Counted from the whole stretch's first letter, positions 35,979-49,356 are shown. The stretch is 63,488 nucleotides of DNA, filler included, from Globobulimina sp. (GCA_003354225.1; 29 parts of 29 records of this genome joined end to end with filler, not necessarily neighbours in it); one strand, 5' to 3'. The notes: generated from the letters alone by a model not told the origin. Numbers and translations are program-made.

Positions 35979-36874
35979 TTATAAAACTTTAGAAACAAAA
36001 TTATTGCATGTTACTTTAATAGTATTTTTCAACCAATATTCACATTCATTTGGAGTATTAAATGTAATCCATACTATATTGTTATTAATATTTAATACAT
36101 TTTTTTTAATTTTCTCAATTTTATTTGGCCAATTCCTGTGTGAGTACCATATCAATTTTGGGATACTATACTTAGTTTTACCATATATTATCCCAGTCAA
36201 TGTTTCTTGATTATCATTACAACATTTCTCTTGAAATAGAACTCGTTTCATTGATCTTAATATTCCGCGAATAAACACCACCAGAAAACTGTAATTAAAA
36301 ACAATTACAACATCCGTATTATTCCATATTTCGTTTTTCAGTTTTTTATTTGCAATGACATTCCCATCCATTATCCATTTATTATTAAAAGTAGATTTAG
36401 CTATTTCTAATTCCGAAATTAATGCTTGTTTATATTGTTCACCACGAACTAGTTTAAAATGGGAGGCTTTTTTATGTTTATAATGTCATCCAATGATATG
36501 TAATGAAACTCAGATTTTAAATGTGGAATCTTTACAAATAACGTGTTTACTAATGTTGATTTGCCACTTGCTGCACAACCAATCAATCGAATATGTTTTT
36601 GCGTTTGCAAAATATTGAATAACTCGCTGTCACATTTCAGTACACTCTGAATGTACAAATTATATCCGCTCCACACCAGATATGTTATCAAAAGAAGCAA
36701 TAACAGGTATATCAGCAGCAAAAACGTAGCCATTGTTATCTTTTGGAATATATCGTTTAACATCATAAAACACAGGAGATCGATTAAGAAAAGAAAATAC
36801 AACCAATTTATGTAGGGACCAAACACAAAAACTAGAAACATAATAAAACATTGTATACCGCTAAAAACACACAT
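35979..36874 (-). CDS. Adenylate-kinase/FlaR-like P-loop protein with N-terminal TM, split by a -1 frameshift near 36470
   Basis: IGCAASGKST and ISLDD in the first frame; WIMDGN in the -1 frame. Confidence 0.65.
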
Positions 36875-36880
36875 TGTATT

Positions 36881-37188
36881 TTAATTAATTGTTGACTCAG
36901 ATTTAATTGTTGTATCCAGAGATGTGGCAGCTGCAGCAACTGTAGTTTCTAAATGTTTAATATTAATATCATTTTGTTTGGAATTGTTTTTTTGAAAACA
37001 TTTACGCCATAAAAAATAACAATTTATATGACACAAATTACACAATCTTTGATAGCTATCATCAAACTGACGATATGATAGCAATATGCATAAGAAACTG
37101 CTGTAAACATTGATAAATGTCATTAGACGCCATGCAAAATCAAAATAAACTGATTTAAACGCTAAGAGTGGAGCCAATAATGAGTTCA
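36881..37188 (-). CDS. C-terminus of a 7TM/GPCR-like membrane protein
   Basis: Last TM helix followed by YQRLCNLCH amphipathic/Cys tail. Confidence 0.4.
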
Positions 37189-37288
37189 NNNNNNNNNNNN
37201 NNNNNNNNNNNNNNNNNNNNNNNNNNNNNNNNTTAATTAATTAANNNNNNNNNNNNNNNNNNNNNNNNNNNNNNNNNNNNNNNNNNNN

Positions 37289-39380
37289 GAAAGTCTGTAC
37301 TTTGTATAATTTGATGTTGCAGCAATTCAGTAAACAGGACCATTACGACTTTAATTTGAGAGCAATTATATCCGTGTTACGAAGAGCTGGCGCCATATTT
37401 CGAGAACAAGATGAGAATAATGGCGGTTCTGAAGCGACAGAGGAGAAGGAAGAGAAAACAAATGCGAATAATACGGAGGAATTAATTGTAATGCGAGCTT
37501 TAAAAGATATGAATTTATGTAAATTAATTGACGCGGATGTCAAATTATTTAATGGTTTGTTTCAAGATTTATTTCCAAACACACCACAAAATGAAATAAA
37601 TTATGGCATTTTTAAGAAGATAATAACATCTGAAATAACAAAGAGAGGATTGCAAGTTACAGAGTCATTTATGAGTAAAATCATACAAATCTATGAAGCA
37701 CTATGTACGCGCCACGGAAATATGATTGTTGGCTCGACCAATGGTGGAAAAACCTCATCGTGGAAGATATTAAAAAAAGTATTGTGTACATTGAATACAA
37801 TGGAGAATGGCAGATATAAACAGCAATATGAATCGGTGGAATATCATGTGTTGAATCCCAAAGCCGTGACAATGGAGAGATTATACGGCTTTTTCGATCC
37901 AGTCACACGGGAATGGAAAGATGGTATTTTGTCCACGCTGTTACGACGAGTCTCTGAGGCGATTTCATCGAAATGGAAATGGATCGTTTTAGATGGCCCA
38001 GTGGATACATTGTGGATTGAATCGATGAACACTGTGTTGGATGATAACAAAGTGCTAACACTAATAAACGGAGATCGTATCTCATTGCCACCTCAGGTTT
38101 TTCTCTTGTTTGAGGTGGAGGATTTGGCCGTTGCTTCGCCAGCCACAGTATCCCGAGTTGGTATTGTTTATATTGACGATAGTTTGTTAGGCTGGAGGCC
38201 GTATTTCCAAACCTGGATCGAGTCTGATACAATGAAGAAAGTCTTGGGTTCGCAACATGTTGTACTGGAAGAGTTGTTTGATGAGTATATTGATAACTTA
38301 TTAGAATTCAAACGATTTGAATGTTCGGAGTTGATCCCCATTACGGATTTCAATGCAGTGCAATCACTGTGTAATTTATTAGAATGCAATTTGACGGTCG
38401 ACAATGGTATAAATGGCAGCGAGTCTAGCGATAAAATGATGCGATATTGGTTTGTATTTTGCTTAATATGGAGTATTGGAGGCAGTGTAATTAAAGAAGA
38501 TCGCGTGAAAATTGATGCATTTATTCGTAAACACACCAGCTTTTCTTTACCGCCGTTGAACACAGTGTATGATTATTATATTAATACAGATAAAAAAGAA
38601 TGGGGCTTTTGGAAGGAAATGATCAATGAGGAATGGAGGCCATTGCCAAATATCGACTATCATCAGATTTTAGTGCCAACTGTAGATACAATAAGGAATA
38701 ACTTTATTATTAATGTCTTGCAATCCAATATATTTCCAATTTTATGCAGTGGTAAAACTGGAACCGGCAAAACTGCGCAAATTGCAAACTTATTAAATAA
38801 TAATATTAATGAAGAGGTCGATTTGACATTGACTTGTAATTTTAGTTCGGCCACCACCTCACAGATAGTGCAGGATGTGTTGGACACAAAATTGATTAAA
38901 CATCACGGCGATACATTCGTGCCTATCAATGGCAGAAATCGATTAATTTTATTTATTGACGATTTAAATATGCCATCAAAAGATTTATTTGGTTCGCAGC
39001 CGCCATTAGAATTTATTCGACAATTTATGGAATATAAGTTTTGGTTCAATTTGGATAAATGTTCTGCGAAAAATGTAAATAATATGCAGTTGATTGCGTC
39101 GATGGGACCGCCGGGAGGCTCAAGAGCTGTCATTTCGAAACGATTGCAATCAAAATTTAATTTATTAAATTTTATATTCCCCGATGATGAACAAATACAT
39201 TTGATATTCAGTACCATATTAAATGATAAATTTGCTCGCGAAAATTTTGAATCCGCAATAAAATCAAATGTTGATAAGATTACTAAATCGACATTAGATT
39301 TATATAAAAAAACGGCGGCAAATTTATCACCCACACCGGCCACATGTCATTATTTATTTAATTTACGTGATTTGAGTAAA
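37289..39380 (+). CDS. DNAH2: Axonemal dynein heavy chain (inner-arm I1-beta-like), AAA1-AAA3 fragment
   Basis: QDHYDFNLRA, GSTNGGKT, LNPKA, DGPVDTLWIESMNTVLDDNKVLTLINGDRI, GKTGTGKT, FIDDLNMP, HYLFNLRD. Confidence 0.9.
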
Positions 39381-39480
39381 NNNNNNNNNNNNNNNNNNNN
39401 NNNNNNNNNNNNNNNNNNNNNNNNTTAATTAATTAANNNNNNNNNNNNNNNNNNNNNNNNNNNNNNNNNNNNNNNNNNNN

Positions 39481-41424
39481 ATCTCTTATCTCGAACCTCT
39501 GTATCGAAGCTTCCCAATGAATCTCTCACTGCATTGAGATTTTGTTTCTCTACAAATAAATACGATAACAACTTCCCGAGATTATCCCCTTTAAATCTCA
39601 CTAAATATTATTAGTTCCAACAGAAAAGCACACAAAAACCACAGCTAGCAAATAAGTATAAAAATATCTACATATTGAAATAACTTATTTGTCCATTCCA
39701 AATAATATAACATTTCATTTCATTCGAAGCCTCGACATTGAAACTAAACGTAATAAGTTGACCGCAAACAGCATCCGTTGCGGTTATGGCTTTATTCGTT
39801 TTATCGCCAGGAATTAAGCAGCCTCGCACAGCCTCCATAAACCATTCGGTAACGTGTCTCTTTGGTATCGTATCACATGTCGCTAATTGCTATATATATA
39901 TATATTTTTGTTTTCATATATAAATATCTCATGGTCAGTTGTCATAGAAGCATACCTCAAAAAAAGTAATCTCATTTTGCTCATCTTTCTTCATAGATTT
40001 TCTCCGATCAATAAATATTCCAAATCTCTTGCCGCGAGGATACGATTCTTCATCATAGCTATGCTCATCTTTCGCATCACCATTATCATTCTGCTTATTT
40101 CCACGATGTTTTTCATTCAAAACAGTTCGAAAATCATTATATCCCTCCATTAAAAACCTAGAATATCCCACTGACTGCACATCATTACCTTCATTTGCTT
40201 TCTCGTCGAATTCAGGATCATCATCATCAAAATGATCGGGCACATTCTTCGATGAATAACCACATTGATTGTATTTCAATTTTACTTTTACATCACCAAT
40301 ATGATCAATTTTCGCATTTTCCTTTGCATCCACCTCATCATCATCGTCGTCGTCGTCATCATCATCATCCATCGATGTCGCGGATGATAATGTACCAATA
40401 TCCTGTCTCACTTCCTTGACTGCAAAAGATAAATCAACCTGAAATTGAAAATGTAGCACAACAAATATTGCAGGGAAAATGTTGGGCATTGATATTAATA
40501 TTAAAATAAATGTCATACGCAAAAGGGAGGTCCCATTTTTAATTTATCCGTTTTTCGTAGCAAATCATTAATAAATTTAGCAACGGCAGCAACACTGTCA
40601 ACAATCTGTTTAATATCATCGTTGATTTTATTTGGTGACACATACTGCAGTCTGCTCATTATCCGGTTGCTATAACTAAGCATTGCTGTTTTGAGTCGGT
40701 TAGCCATCTCTTTGTCTCTTCTCATTAAATCGTTCATGAATGGATTTTGCTGCATCCATTGTACCACAGTTAATGCATTTTGGTTTTTGTTGGTTTCGAC
40801 GTTTTCAATGTAATCCTTTGTTTTATGCATAGTGAATGCGTCCACCATCCAGGTTAAAAATGGAATATTGTTCGCAAATCCCACTGCAAAAAAATACATT
40901 AAATCTGGTTCCTGTTTTCCTTGTTCTCCAAGACATGAGAGCTGTTTTTTATATATGTGCTTTGTGATTTGTTCTACTTTTTTGTCTGGAATATATAATG
41001 CGATGTTGAGCTTAGTAGTTGGCGTCGATGGAGGTGGTGCTTCGCCAAATTGTGCGATGTGTTGTAATATATTAGCTATAGCTGTTTGTCGTTGTGCTTC
41101 ATTTGTGAAATTGCCATTTAATGGAAATATGTTTTCATCAGCGCTGTTTGTATGGAACTCAATCAACAAATTATCTGCAGCCGGTGCTTGTAACTCAGTT
41201 CCAAGGTCGTCATCTTCAAACCCTTTGTTGTTTATATTGGTGATTTATATGTGCTTTATCTACCGTTTTCCGTTTTATTGTTGTGATAACATACCGTTTT
41301 CATAAACGTATAGCTGAAATAATCCTTTCCCACCAGCATTACGATAATCACGTCTACCCATTGAGATGTAATATTTTTCTAACCCACGATCCATTCTTTC
41401 CGTGAGGTTATCTTTTGTTGCCAT
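39481..41424 (-). CDS. Multi-exon protein of unknown function (3'-partial)
   Basis: ATG at 41424 (MATKDNL...GLEKYY...GKGLF); ORF blocks separated by intron-like AT-rich gaps. Confidence 0.5.
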
Positions 41425-41921
41425 GCTAGCAAAGTTTTTCAGAAACAGTGTTGTTTGTAGTAATATATTTAAAAACTACTTAAATAAAGCTTCAGTCTCG
41501 ATGGCAAAACGAACGTGTACGCTCTGCAAGTGTTGGGTATCTCTGATCGATATTGATGCACATTATGACCAANNNNNNNNNNNNNNNNNNNNNNNNNNNN
41601 NNNNNNNNNNNNNNNNTTAATTAATTAANNNNNNNNNNNNNNNNNNNNNNNNNNNNNNNNNNNNNNNNNNNNTACAACTGTGGTTGGCGATCAACTTCGA
41701 ATACTAGGTTGAAAACCACTCTAGCTAACCCAAAAACTTTGCTAATCGTTGAAATGAAACGAAACGAAACTAAGCCAAAAAAGTTAAATATTGATCTCAT
41801 TCAGTTGTTGTATAGAAAGTTACGTGTAGTAAGTGTAAATATTCCTTGTAAAGGAAGGTAAGATTAATACAATAACAAGCAAAACATAACAAGAATTGCA
41901 TTATACAAAATAATACAGAAA

Positions 41922-43279
41922 TTACCATAATGTTGATTGCAAATTTTCTTTAAGCGGAGTGGTTGGCTCCGAAAATCGACTTCTATCCTTTTCCACAGTT
42001 TTAACAGTTGTTATCTGCGAAGGTTCCATAGTTTCGGATATTTTACGCATGGCATTTACATAATCATTTTTCATGCCATCCGGATTACTACATACATGCA
42101 ATATGGTTGGTGTTGTAATTGGCAGAGTATATTGTAGCGGGGAATCAAAACACGAGGCTAATGCTTGCTTATTAAATGCTAAAATTTGAGTTACTACAGA
42201 TGCGGTTTTTGGTGTAGCATCTTCTCGGTCCAAGCCAACTAATGAGATATGCTCTGTACCTTTGTCCACCATAAATAAGCCACCACCACACAATCTAACA
42301 CCCGCTGTGAGTGCAGTTATCAATATTTTATCGTCTGATGTTTTCGCAACGACTTCTGTTGGTACACAACGTATCTTATTTGTTGACGCCACATACATTT
42401 GCTGACCGCATAATAAATGCCATTGATTTACATGTAACTGATGTAAGTCCGATGCATCTGTTATTATGGTTGTTGTAGCGGTTTGGTTGGCATTTTTATT
42501 AGTTTTTGTAATATATTTAAGCAATGCTTCTAACCGATTTTCAAATGGTATTGGTATGGGTTGTGATTTAGATACAAACAATATTGCTATATTTACATCG
42601 TTTGCTGTTTTCGGGTATCGGATTGTGTTCAAATATGCTGTCATAACATTCGTTTCTTTATCATATGGTTGCATTTGCTTAAACCACTCAATTTCCATAC
42701 TGTTCTCATCTTTTTTGTGCTCAGAAGCCTCCTCAAACCATTCCAAATCCTCACTGATTTCTATAGATGAGCGACATAATAACATGCCACGTGTTTTGGG
42801 GCTAAAAGCCGACACGCAATGTTTATTGGTGATAAATAAATAAAAATTAGCGTTTTCGCCAATAAATATGGTGTTACATGATGTCGTGTTATATTTCCAT
42901 ATGCCGTTTGTATTTAGCCAGATACTTTTGAGTCTAAACGTAAACTCTTTGGCTTTCTGTATTGTGTCGTTTGAAAATACCGGTCGAGGGATATTACTGT
43001 TTATTTCTACTTTAGACGTATTTCTTTCTACTTTAGACGTAGTTTAAGATATATATTATTACCTGAGATCGATTTAAAATGCGAAACAATATAATGAGCA
43101 TCAAAAGGATTAACACCAATGTCTGTCAATAATTCTGCTGTTGCAGATGCTAATGTAATATGTGTGCATCCGGCTTCCTTTAATTGCTGGGTGTATTTTC
43201 CCCCAAATCCTTCACATATTGCTTCCAATTTGTTGTACATGACAGTTGCGTCGTCAATCTTGCCAGTTGCGTCCGACAT
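41922..43279 (-). CDS. SAM-like domain plus trypsin-fold peptidase-like domain with Cys at the nucleophile site, 2 exons
   Basis: Exon 1 43279-43063, intron 43062-43007, exon 2 43006-41922 in frame; motifs FITNKHCV, NIAILFV, RLCGGGLF...LVGL. Confidence 0.6.
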
Positions 43280-43956
43280 TTGTACGTGATTGGTATGGTG
43301 TTTGGTTGCAAAGTACGAGTGGTTTGTAGTCTGTGTAAAAAATGTTGATTTTCTGATTTGTTAGTAAACTCTTGTTTCATCAGAAAAGAAAACCTCTTTC
43401 CACCTCCTTTAGTAATAACGTTAACCAACTATCTATTCAAAATTTGTTAGCAAAACATGGCTCTCTATTCGGCCTACAGAACAAATGTGCTTGTAATTGT
43501 TTATTACGTATTATTTATTGATCAATAAACACAACTTTTTGGGCAATATATTGTTTATGGGTTTTTATCCTTTAGTTAACTATATTTAATTAATTCATAC
43601 TTGTTAATTTTTGATTTAAAGAGCTTGTTTTAAACTCATCATGTTTTAAATTCGTGATGTAATTGATGCCAGTTCTGGGGTTGGCGCCCGTTTTGTTCAT
43701 ATACCAGCTAGTGGGATGGTGCCCTTCTTATCAAACAATTCCCAATTCAATTCATCGTATAGATNNNNNNNNNNNNNNNNNNNNNNNNNNNNNNNNNNNN
43801 NNNNNNNNTTAATTAATTAANNNNNNNNNNNNNNNNNNNNNNNNNNNNNNNNNNNNNNNNNNNNATAATAGAGAAAAAAAATGAAATTGATATCTCCATT
43901 AATGAAATATGTTCATTTTTTTCAAAAACTAAACGTTTATAAGAAACCAGTGATAG

Positions 43957-45489
43957 TTAGAAACAATATTTAAAAAAATAGTAGACTGCATTGATCGGCA
44001 AGAAATCATACGTAAATATTTCAACATAGCTCATTATCATCATTTGTGTGTGTGGCCCTTTGTTTTTCATCATCCATTCATGTATCTGTTGTGAATAGTG
44101 TTTAAACGACTGTTTAGCAATCACCTCCTCATTATACCACTTTATCAGTTCAACATATTTTTCTTGATCCTCAACAGAAAATGTATTTCCTTCAATTTGT
44201 TTCACTTTCTTGCACATTTTTTTCATTTTTTTTTTATATTTCAAACTAGAATCATTGTCCAAATTCTTTACCAACGGATCATATGAAGACTTGATAAATG
44301 TACGTATAATTTTGTGAGGATTCCAACCAAACTCTTTCAATAACTGTGAGAAGAATGATTTTAATGCCAACGCATTGATAAAAAAACGATGTTTAGAATG
44401 TTTACGCACATTAATCATCACAGGAAACTGAAATAAATAGTGTTGAAATGATTTTTCAATGCTATAACTTACCACATTTATATTCCAAGATGGCTGAGGA
44501 TAATTAATAGACACAACTTCATGAAACCAAAATGGTGGAATGTATAGTATTTCTCCTGCATTCAATTCAATTTGATAAATTTCAATCTCTTTGAACAATT
44601 TCCAATCACTTTCATCCATCAATCTGTATTGTAAAAGGGAAGAATGAGTCAGCTGTGACTTCCTCGATAATGGATGTAACCAAGGGTATAAATATAATTT
44701 TTTGTAATATTTTGGCGATATTAATCTGAATAATTTTTTACCTTTAATTTGAATGTTGAAGTTGTCCGATGCGTCGTAATGAAGTTGGGTTAGAAAACCA
44801 TAATAACCAAACCATAAATTCATACCTTCATATTCTTCATTTTGATGCAAATCTGTTGCACCATCAATCAACACATTTTTTGGACAGAACGTGTCCCTCA
44901 ACACAGATAACTGCTGAGTGTAATTCAATAAATTCATGGTTAGTACATAATAATCATCCTTGTTCTTGTTATTACCGGCATTGTTATGATAACATTCATA
45001 AATTCTATCATGCTGCGCCTGCTTGTCATATATTCGTTTGCTTTGCGTGGATAATATGTCCTCAATTTCATTAAATGTGAGGTTGTAAACATTTTTGTTT
45101 GGTTTTTGCCAATTATCCAACACTTGCGATAGTGGTAATTCCTCGTGAAAATATTCAAGAATCGGGCAATTTTTATTTGATTTGATGACTGGTATATATG
45201 CTTGTTGATTAACGATGTTATTTAATGTTGGGAGAATATGTTCATCCAAAGGATAATCTGAAATAACCACTGGCTTTCGCTTTTGTGCAATATTTGTTAT
45301 GAATGAATCAATCACGTTTTGTGATGCTGCCTTTGGCCATATAAAATGTTCTAATGCATTAGCTGGCATCATATGGATGTTACGTCTGTTAGGTTCACGA
45401 CATACATCTTCTAAGCTTTCTATGCACTGATAAGTGTGCAATTGGCATAATATGAGAAACATGCATACATAAAACAACGTAGGTTGCAT
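43957..45489 (-). CDS. JmjC (cupin-like 8) 2-oxoglutarate oxygenase with signal peptide
   Basis: TQLHYDASDN, QIKGKK, LNAGEILYIPPFWFHEV; hydrophobic N-terminus. Confidence 0.85.
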   Translation of the reverse strand: MQPTLFYVCMFLILCQLHTYQCIESLEDVCREPNRRNIHMMPANALEHFIWPKAASQNVIDSFITNIAQKRKPVVISDYPLDEHILPTLNNIVNQQAYIPVIKSNKNCPILEYFHEELPLSQVLDNWQKPNKNVYNLTFNEIEDILSTQSKRIYDKQAQHDRIYECYHNNAGNNKNKDDYYVLTMNLLNYTQQLSVLRDTFCPKNVLIDGATDLHQNEEYEGMNLWFGYYGFLTQLHYDASDNFNIQIKGKKLFRLISPKYYKKLYLYPWLHPLSRKSQLTHSSLLQYRLMDESDWKLFKEIEIYQIELNAGEILYIPPFWFHEVVSINYPQPSWNINVVSYSIEKSFQHYLFQFPVMINVRKHSKHRFFINALALKSFFSQLLKEFGWNPHKIIRTFIKSSYDPLVKNLDNDSSLKYKKKMKKMCKKVKQIEGNTFSVEDQEKYVELIKWYNEEVIAKQSFKHYSQQIHEWMMKNKGPHTQMMIMSYVEIFTYDFLPINAVYYFFKYCF

Positions 45490-45514
45490 GCTGACAAAAG
45501 TTTTTAAGTATAAA

Positions 45515-45956
45515 ATGAGTCATAATCATCGGAGCCCAACTGCCTCAACACCACCACCAGGTAATATCTTATACATTCTGTGTTTTGTCTCCTAAAATTC
45601 AGAATGATTGTTGTCAGATCGTCATCATTATCATAGATCAAATCATGCAACTTCATCATCATCACATTCTCATAAATACAGAAATTCAGAAAGAGAAAGA
45701 TTAAGAAAGAACAGTGAACAACGTGATGATTATAGCCCCACATCACAGTCACAGAGAACAGGTGTTTTTTATTTCGTTTTCAAACTGATTTCTTTGTTCA
45801 AATTCATGCGAAAACCAAAATAAATCAAAGCACGAAGGAGAGATTATAGACATCGTAGTCGCAGTCGTAGTCGTAGTCGTAGTCGTACTCGAGACAAAGA
45901 AATAAATTCACAGCCACAGCCACATGCAAATAAGTTTAATAATAATTATAATCGCA
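45515..45956 (+). CDS. Ser/Arg-rich protein, spliced (3'-partial)
   Basis: MSHNHRSPTASTPPP then CAG|GTAAT donor; later RSRSRSRSR tract. Confidence 0.5.
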
Positions 45957-46058
45957 NNNNNNNNNNNNNNNNNNNNNNNNNNNNNNNNNNNNNNNNNNNN
46001 TTAATTAATTAANNNNNNNNNNNNNNNNNNNNNNNNNNNNNNNNNNNNNNNNNNNNGT

Positions 46059-46316
46059 TTTAAAACATTTGGATGTGGCTCAGCCATCGCATCGTCATCA
46101 TTTGCAACAGAAAAGATAATGGGAATGCATGTGACTGAGGTCTCTCAAATAACAAATAAAGATATCGCAAAAGCATTGAATTTGCCACCTGTAAAATTAC
46201 ATTGTAGTATGTTGGCGGAGGATGGAATAAAAGCAGCTATTCAGGATTTAGAAAAGAAAAAACAAGCAAAGCAAGCAAACGACAACACCAATGCATCTGC
46301 ATCTGTTGTGGAGTGA
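46059..46316 (+). CDS. ISCU: Fe-S cluster scaffold IscU/Isu, C-terminal part
   Basis: FKTFGCGSAIASSS...LNLPPVKLHCSMLAED. Confidence 0.95.
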   Translation, partial: FKTFGCGSAIASSSFATEKIMGMHVTEVSQITNKDIAKALNLPPVKLHCSMLAEDGIKAAIQDLEKKKQAKQANDNTNASASVVE

Positions 46317-46572
46317 CACTCGGATTTGAAAGAAAGCAGATTGTAGGTTTTAATTTAGCGTTTAAGGTAGTTATTAATAGTTGCGTAAATTGTGAAACGT
46401 GTGTTTTTAATTTTTAGCAGGATTTTGTTCCATTTTCAGGGTTTTCGAATGTGGCCTGAAGGTTCATCATGGGCTCATCGTGTGGTTGCACACAAACGTA
46501 AGCATGATGTTTGACAGATCAATTATACAAATTAGTGACATTATACATTTCCTGTGTAAGTATGGTATATTT

Positions 46573-47904
46573 TTAACTGTTGAAAGATGGAATGATTGCA
46601 GATTGCGAACATATAATCTCTTCCAAGTGTTCAAATCTTTTCTGTGTTTCTTGATTCATTTCCTTTACTTTTTCCTCCAAATTTGTATGTGATATTAATG
46701 TCAATCTCAAATGTTGTTTCATATTATCCTCGCAATGTTTTGCTAAATTCTTTCTTTTTAAGCACATTGCTTCACATCCATACCGATAAAAATCGCAATC
46801 AACAATCGCTTCTGCACATTCATTATAATGTTTTTTCATATCCACTCTCCGTACCTCACAACTGCAACTTGCACATTTTATGACTGCCATTCTACATTCC
46901 TTTTGTTTATGACATTCCATAGAACTCCGTGCCACCAATTTATTGCATAATGCACATTGTATTGGATACATTGCACACTCTCTTTCATTATGAATTTCTG
47001 TTTTTCCTCTTTCAATACATTCGTCACAGTTCGCACACCGTATTATTTCATGCCGACATTGCTGAATATGACAGGCTAATTTCTCTAATTTTCCTGTCCA
47101 ATCACAAAATTCTAACACTTGAATAGCTGCGGCATCATCATCCTCTTTCTTATCATATGCATTATGACTGCTATCTGTACGCTCCCTGTATTTAAAATGA
47201 ATATACATTTAAGCTAAAGATATTAAAAAAAGCTGACCGAAATGGAACATTCAATTTGTTCGCAGTATAAATTCGATATTGTTTGCTGTTGGATACCAAA
47301 AAATTGCTGTTTCTGATTCGATGTTTGATAATGAACACCGTTAATTTCTCGGATTTATACTGCCGTTTTTTTGAACGTCATAAATTAATATTTATATATA
47401 CCTTGATCTGGATCTTGAGCGAGATCGTGAAGGCGAACCTGAACGCTTTCTTTGTTGCTTATTTATTTTAATGTGTTTTGTGAATTTTTTTAAATAAATT
47501 GCTTTGGTTGCGGTGATTTCATGATTTGGACATTTAATTAATAATTTTTTGATTTGACGATCAATGAATTTGACTCTTTTTATCTCAGTGACACTGCATT
47601 TTCTTCTGCATGTTGGACAATTGAATATTGGACCAGAGTTATCCATTAATTCATTTATGCATTCTTCACAAAATAAACTATATAATGAATATAATAATTA
47701 TATACAAAGTGGAATATAAACGAACTGATCATCGCAAACAGCGACTGCGTTTCGTAATTTTTCATAACATATTGCACACTCAAATGAATCAGCAAGTTCT
47801 GTATCTACAAATGTCACGTTAGGAGTGGTATCAGTTGATTTTTCATACATTTCATCAAATTCATCAAATTCACCAGGTTCATCTGACTGCATGAACTGGA
47901 ACAT
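46573..47904 (-). CDS. RING plus TRAF-type zinc finger protein, multi-exon
   Basis: FECAICYE, CPTCR, CDWTGKL...HIQQC and repeated CxxC...H...C TRAF fingers. Confidence 0.8.
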
Positions 47905-48248
47905 GAAGCATATAACAATTTAAAACTTACAAAAAAAAACTTTTAATTCTTAACACATCGAAAACCTCAATGATTGATTTTCAATAATTATGGGTTGCAC
48001 TTGTTCCATTATTTTCTCTATTTGTTGGGGATCTACAGCTATTACTTGATATGCATATATTCGCCGGTTTATAATATTTTGATTCAAAGACAAGAATTTT
48101 TGCGTAATAAACTCAATCCCATCTTGATAACACAAATTTAACCACCAANNNNNNNNNNNNNNNNNNNNNNNNNNNNNNNNNNNNNNNNNNNNTTAATTAA
48201 TTAANNNNNNNNNNNNNNNNNNNNNNNNNNNNNNNNNNNNNNNNNNNN

Positions 48249-49356
48249 GGTGACTGGATTATATCCGCCCTCTCATGGTATCGTTGCGAATCATTTTTGG
48301 GATCCGGTGTTACAGAAAAAGTTTGATATACAATATGAAGGAAACGATAGTTCCGGTGACTGGTTTCAAGGAGAACCAATATGGAATACAATAAAAGTTG
48401 CAAACTTAACCTCCGCTGCCTTGCAATATCCAGGTTCCGCAGCAAAGTGTGGTGGGCGAATAGTAGCTGGCAAGGACTTATCTGGCTATCCGACATATTA
48501 TAGGCCTCATTATCAAGAGGATTGGGCTTTTAATGACCGCATTGATTTGACATTGGATTTGTTAAAGAGTACACAGCCTAATTATGATTTGATATTATTG
48601 TATTTTGAACAACCAGACCACGATGGACATGAATATGGTCCCGACAGTGCCAATGTTGCTAAAACTGTACAAGAAATGGATAAATACATTGCTTATTTAA
48701 TGACTGGAATGGAAATGTATAACCTATTGGATGTCACAGACGTTATCTTATTGAGTGATCATGGAATGACTTCCATTGAACCATATAATGCCGAAACATA
48801 TTTAAATGATGATTCGAAAATAATTGTCGTGAACGCAAGTATGTTTCCATTCGACTCAAATGATATTATAATACGTGACTGGTCCCCGGTGATGGGAGTG
48901 TATTTGAATGAGAGTAGTGACCGGTTTACAGACTCCCAGCAAGCGATGGAGTTAATGCGAGAGGCAATAATTCATAACGGGGATAAGTGTAAGATTTATG
49001 AGAATGGAAATATTCCATATAACACATATAATAATACTCATGATTATAACAATCGAATACCAGATTTTCTGATCGATTCGGATTTGGGATATACCATATT
49101 TGTGAATGGATATCATACACCAACTTTGTTAGGAACTCATGGTTATAATAATTCGAAAGAGGATATGCATGGAATATTTATGGCTCGCGGCCCTTCATTC
49201 AAATCTGGATATGCTATCAATGATAAGTATATAGAAAATATTCATTTATATGAAATGTTTTGTGCTTTGTTGTGTCATGTGAAACCAAATGAGAACAATG
49301 GTTCTGCCATTCATTCCCAACCATTGTTTACAGAGCATGATATATCGAATTGGTGA
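48249..49356 (+). CDS. Nucleotide pyrophosphatase/phosphodiesterase (ENPP type), 5'-partial
   Basis: TGLYPPSHGIVAN, GEPIW, EQPDHDGHEYGP, LSDHGM, GTHGY. Confidence 0.93.
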
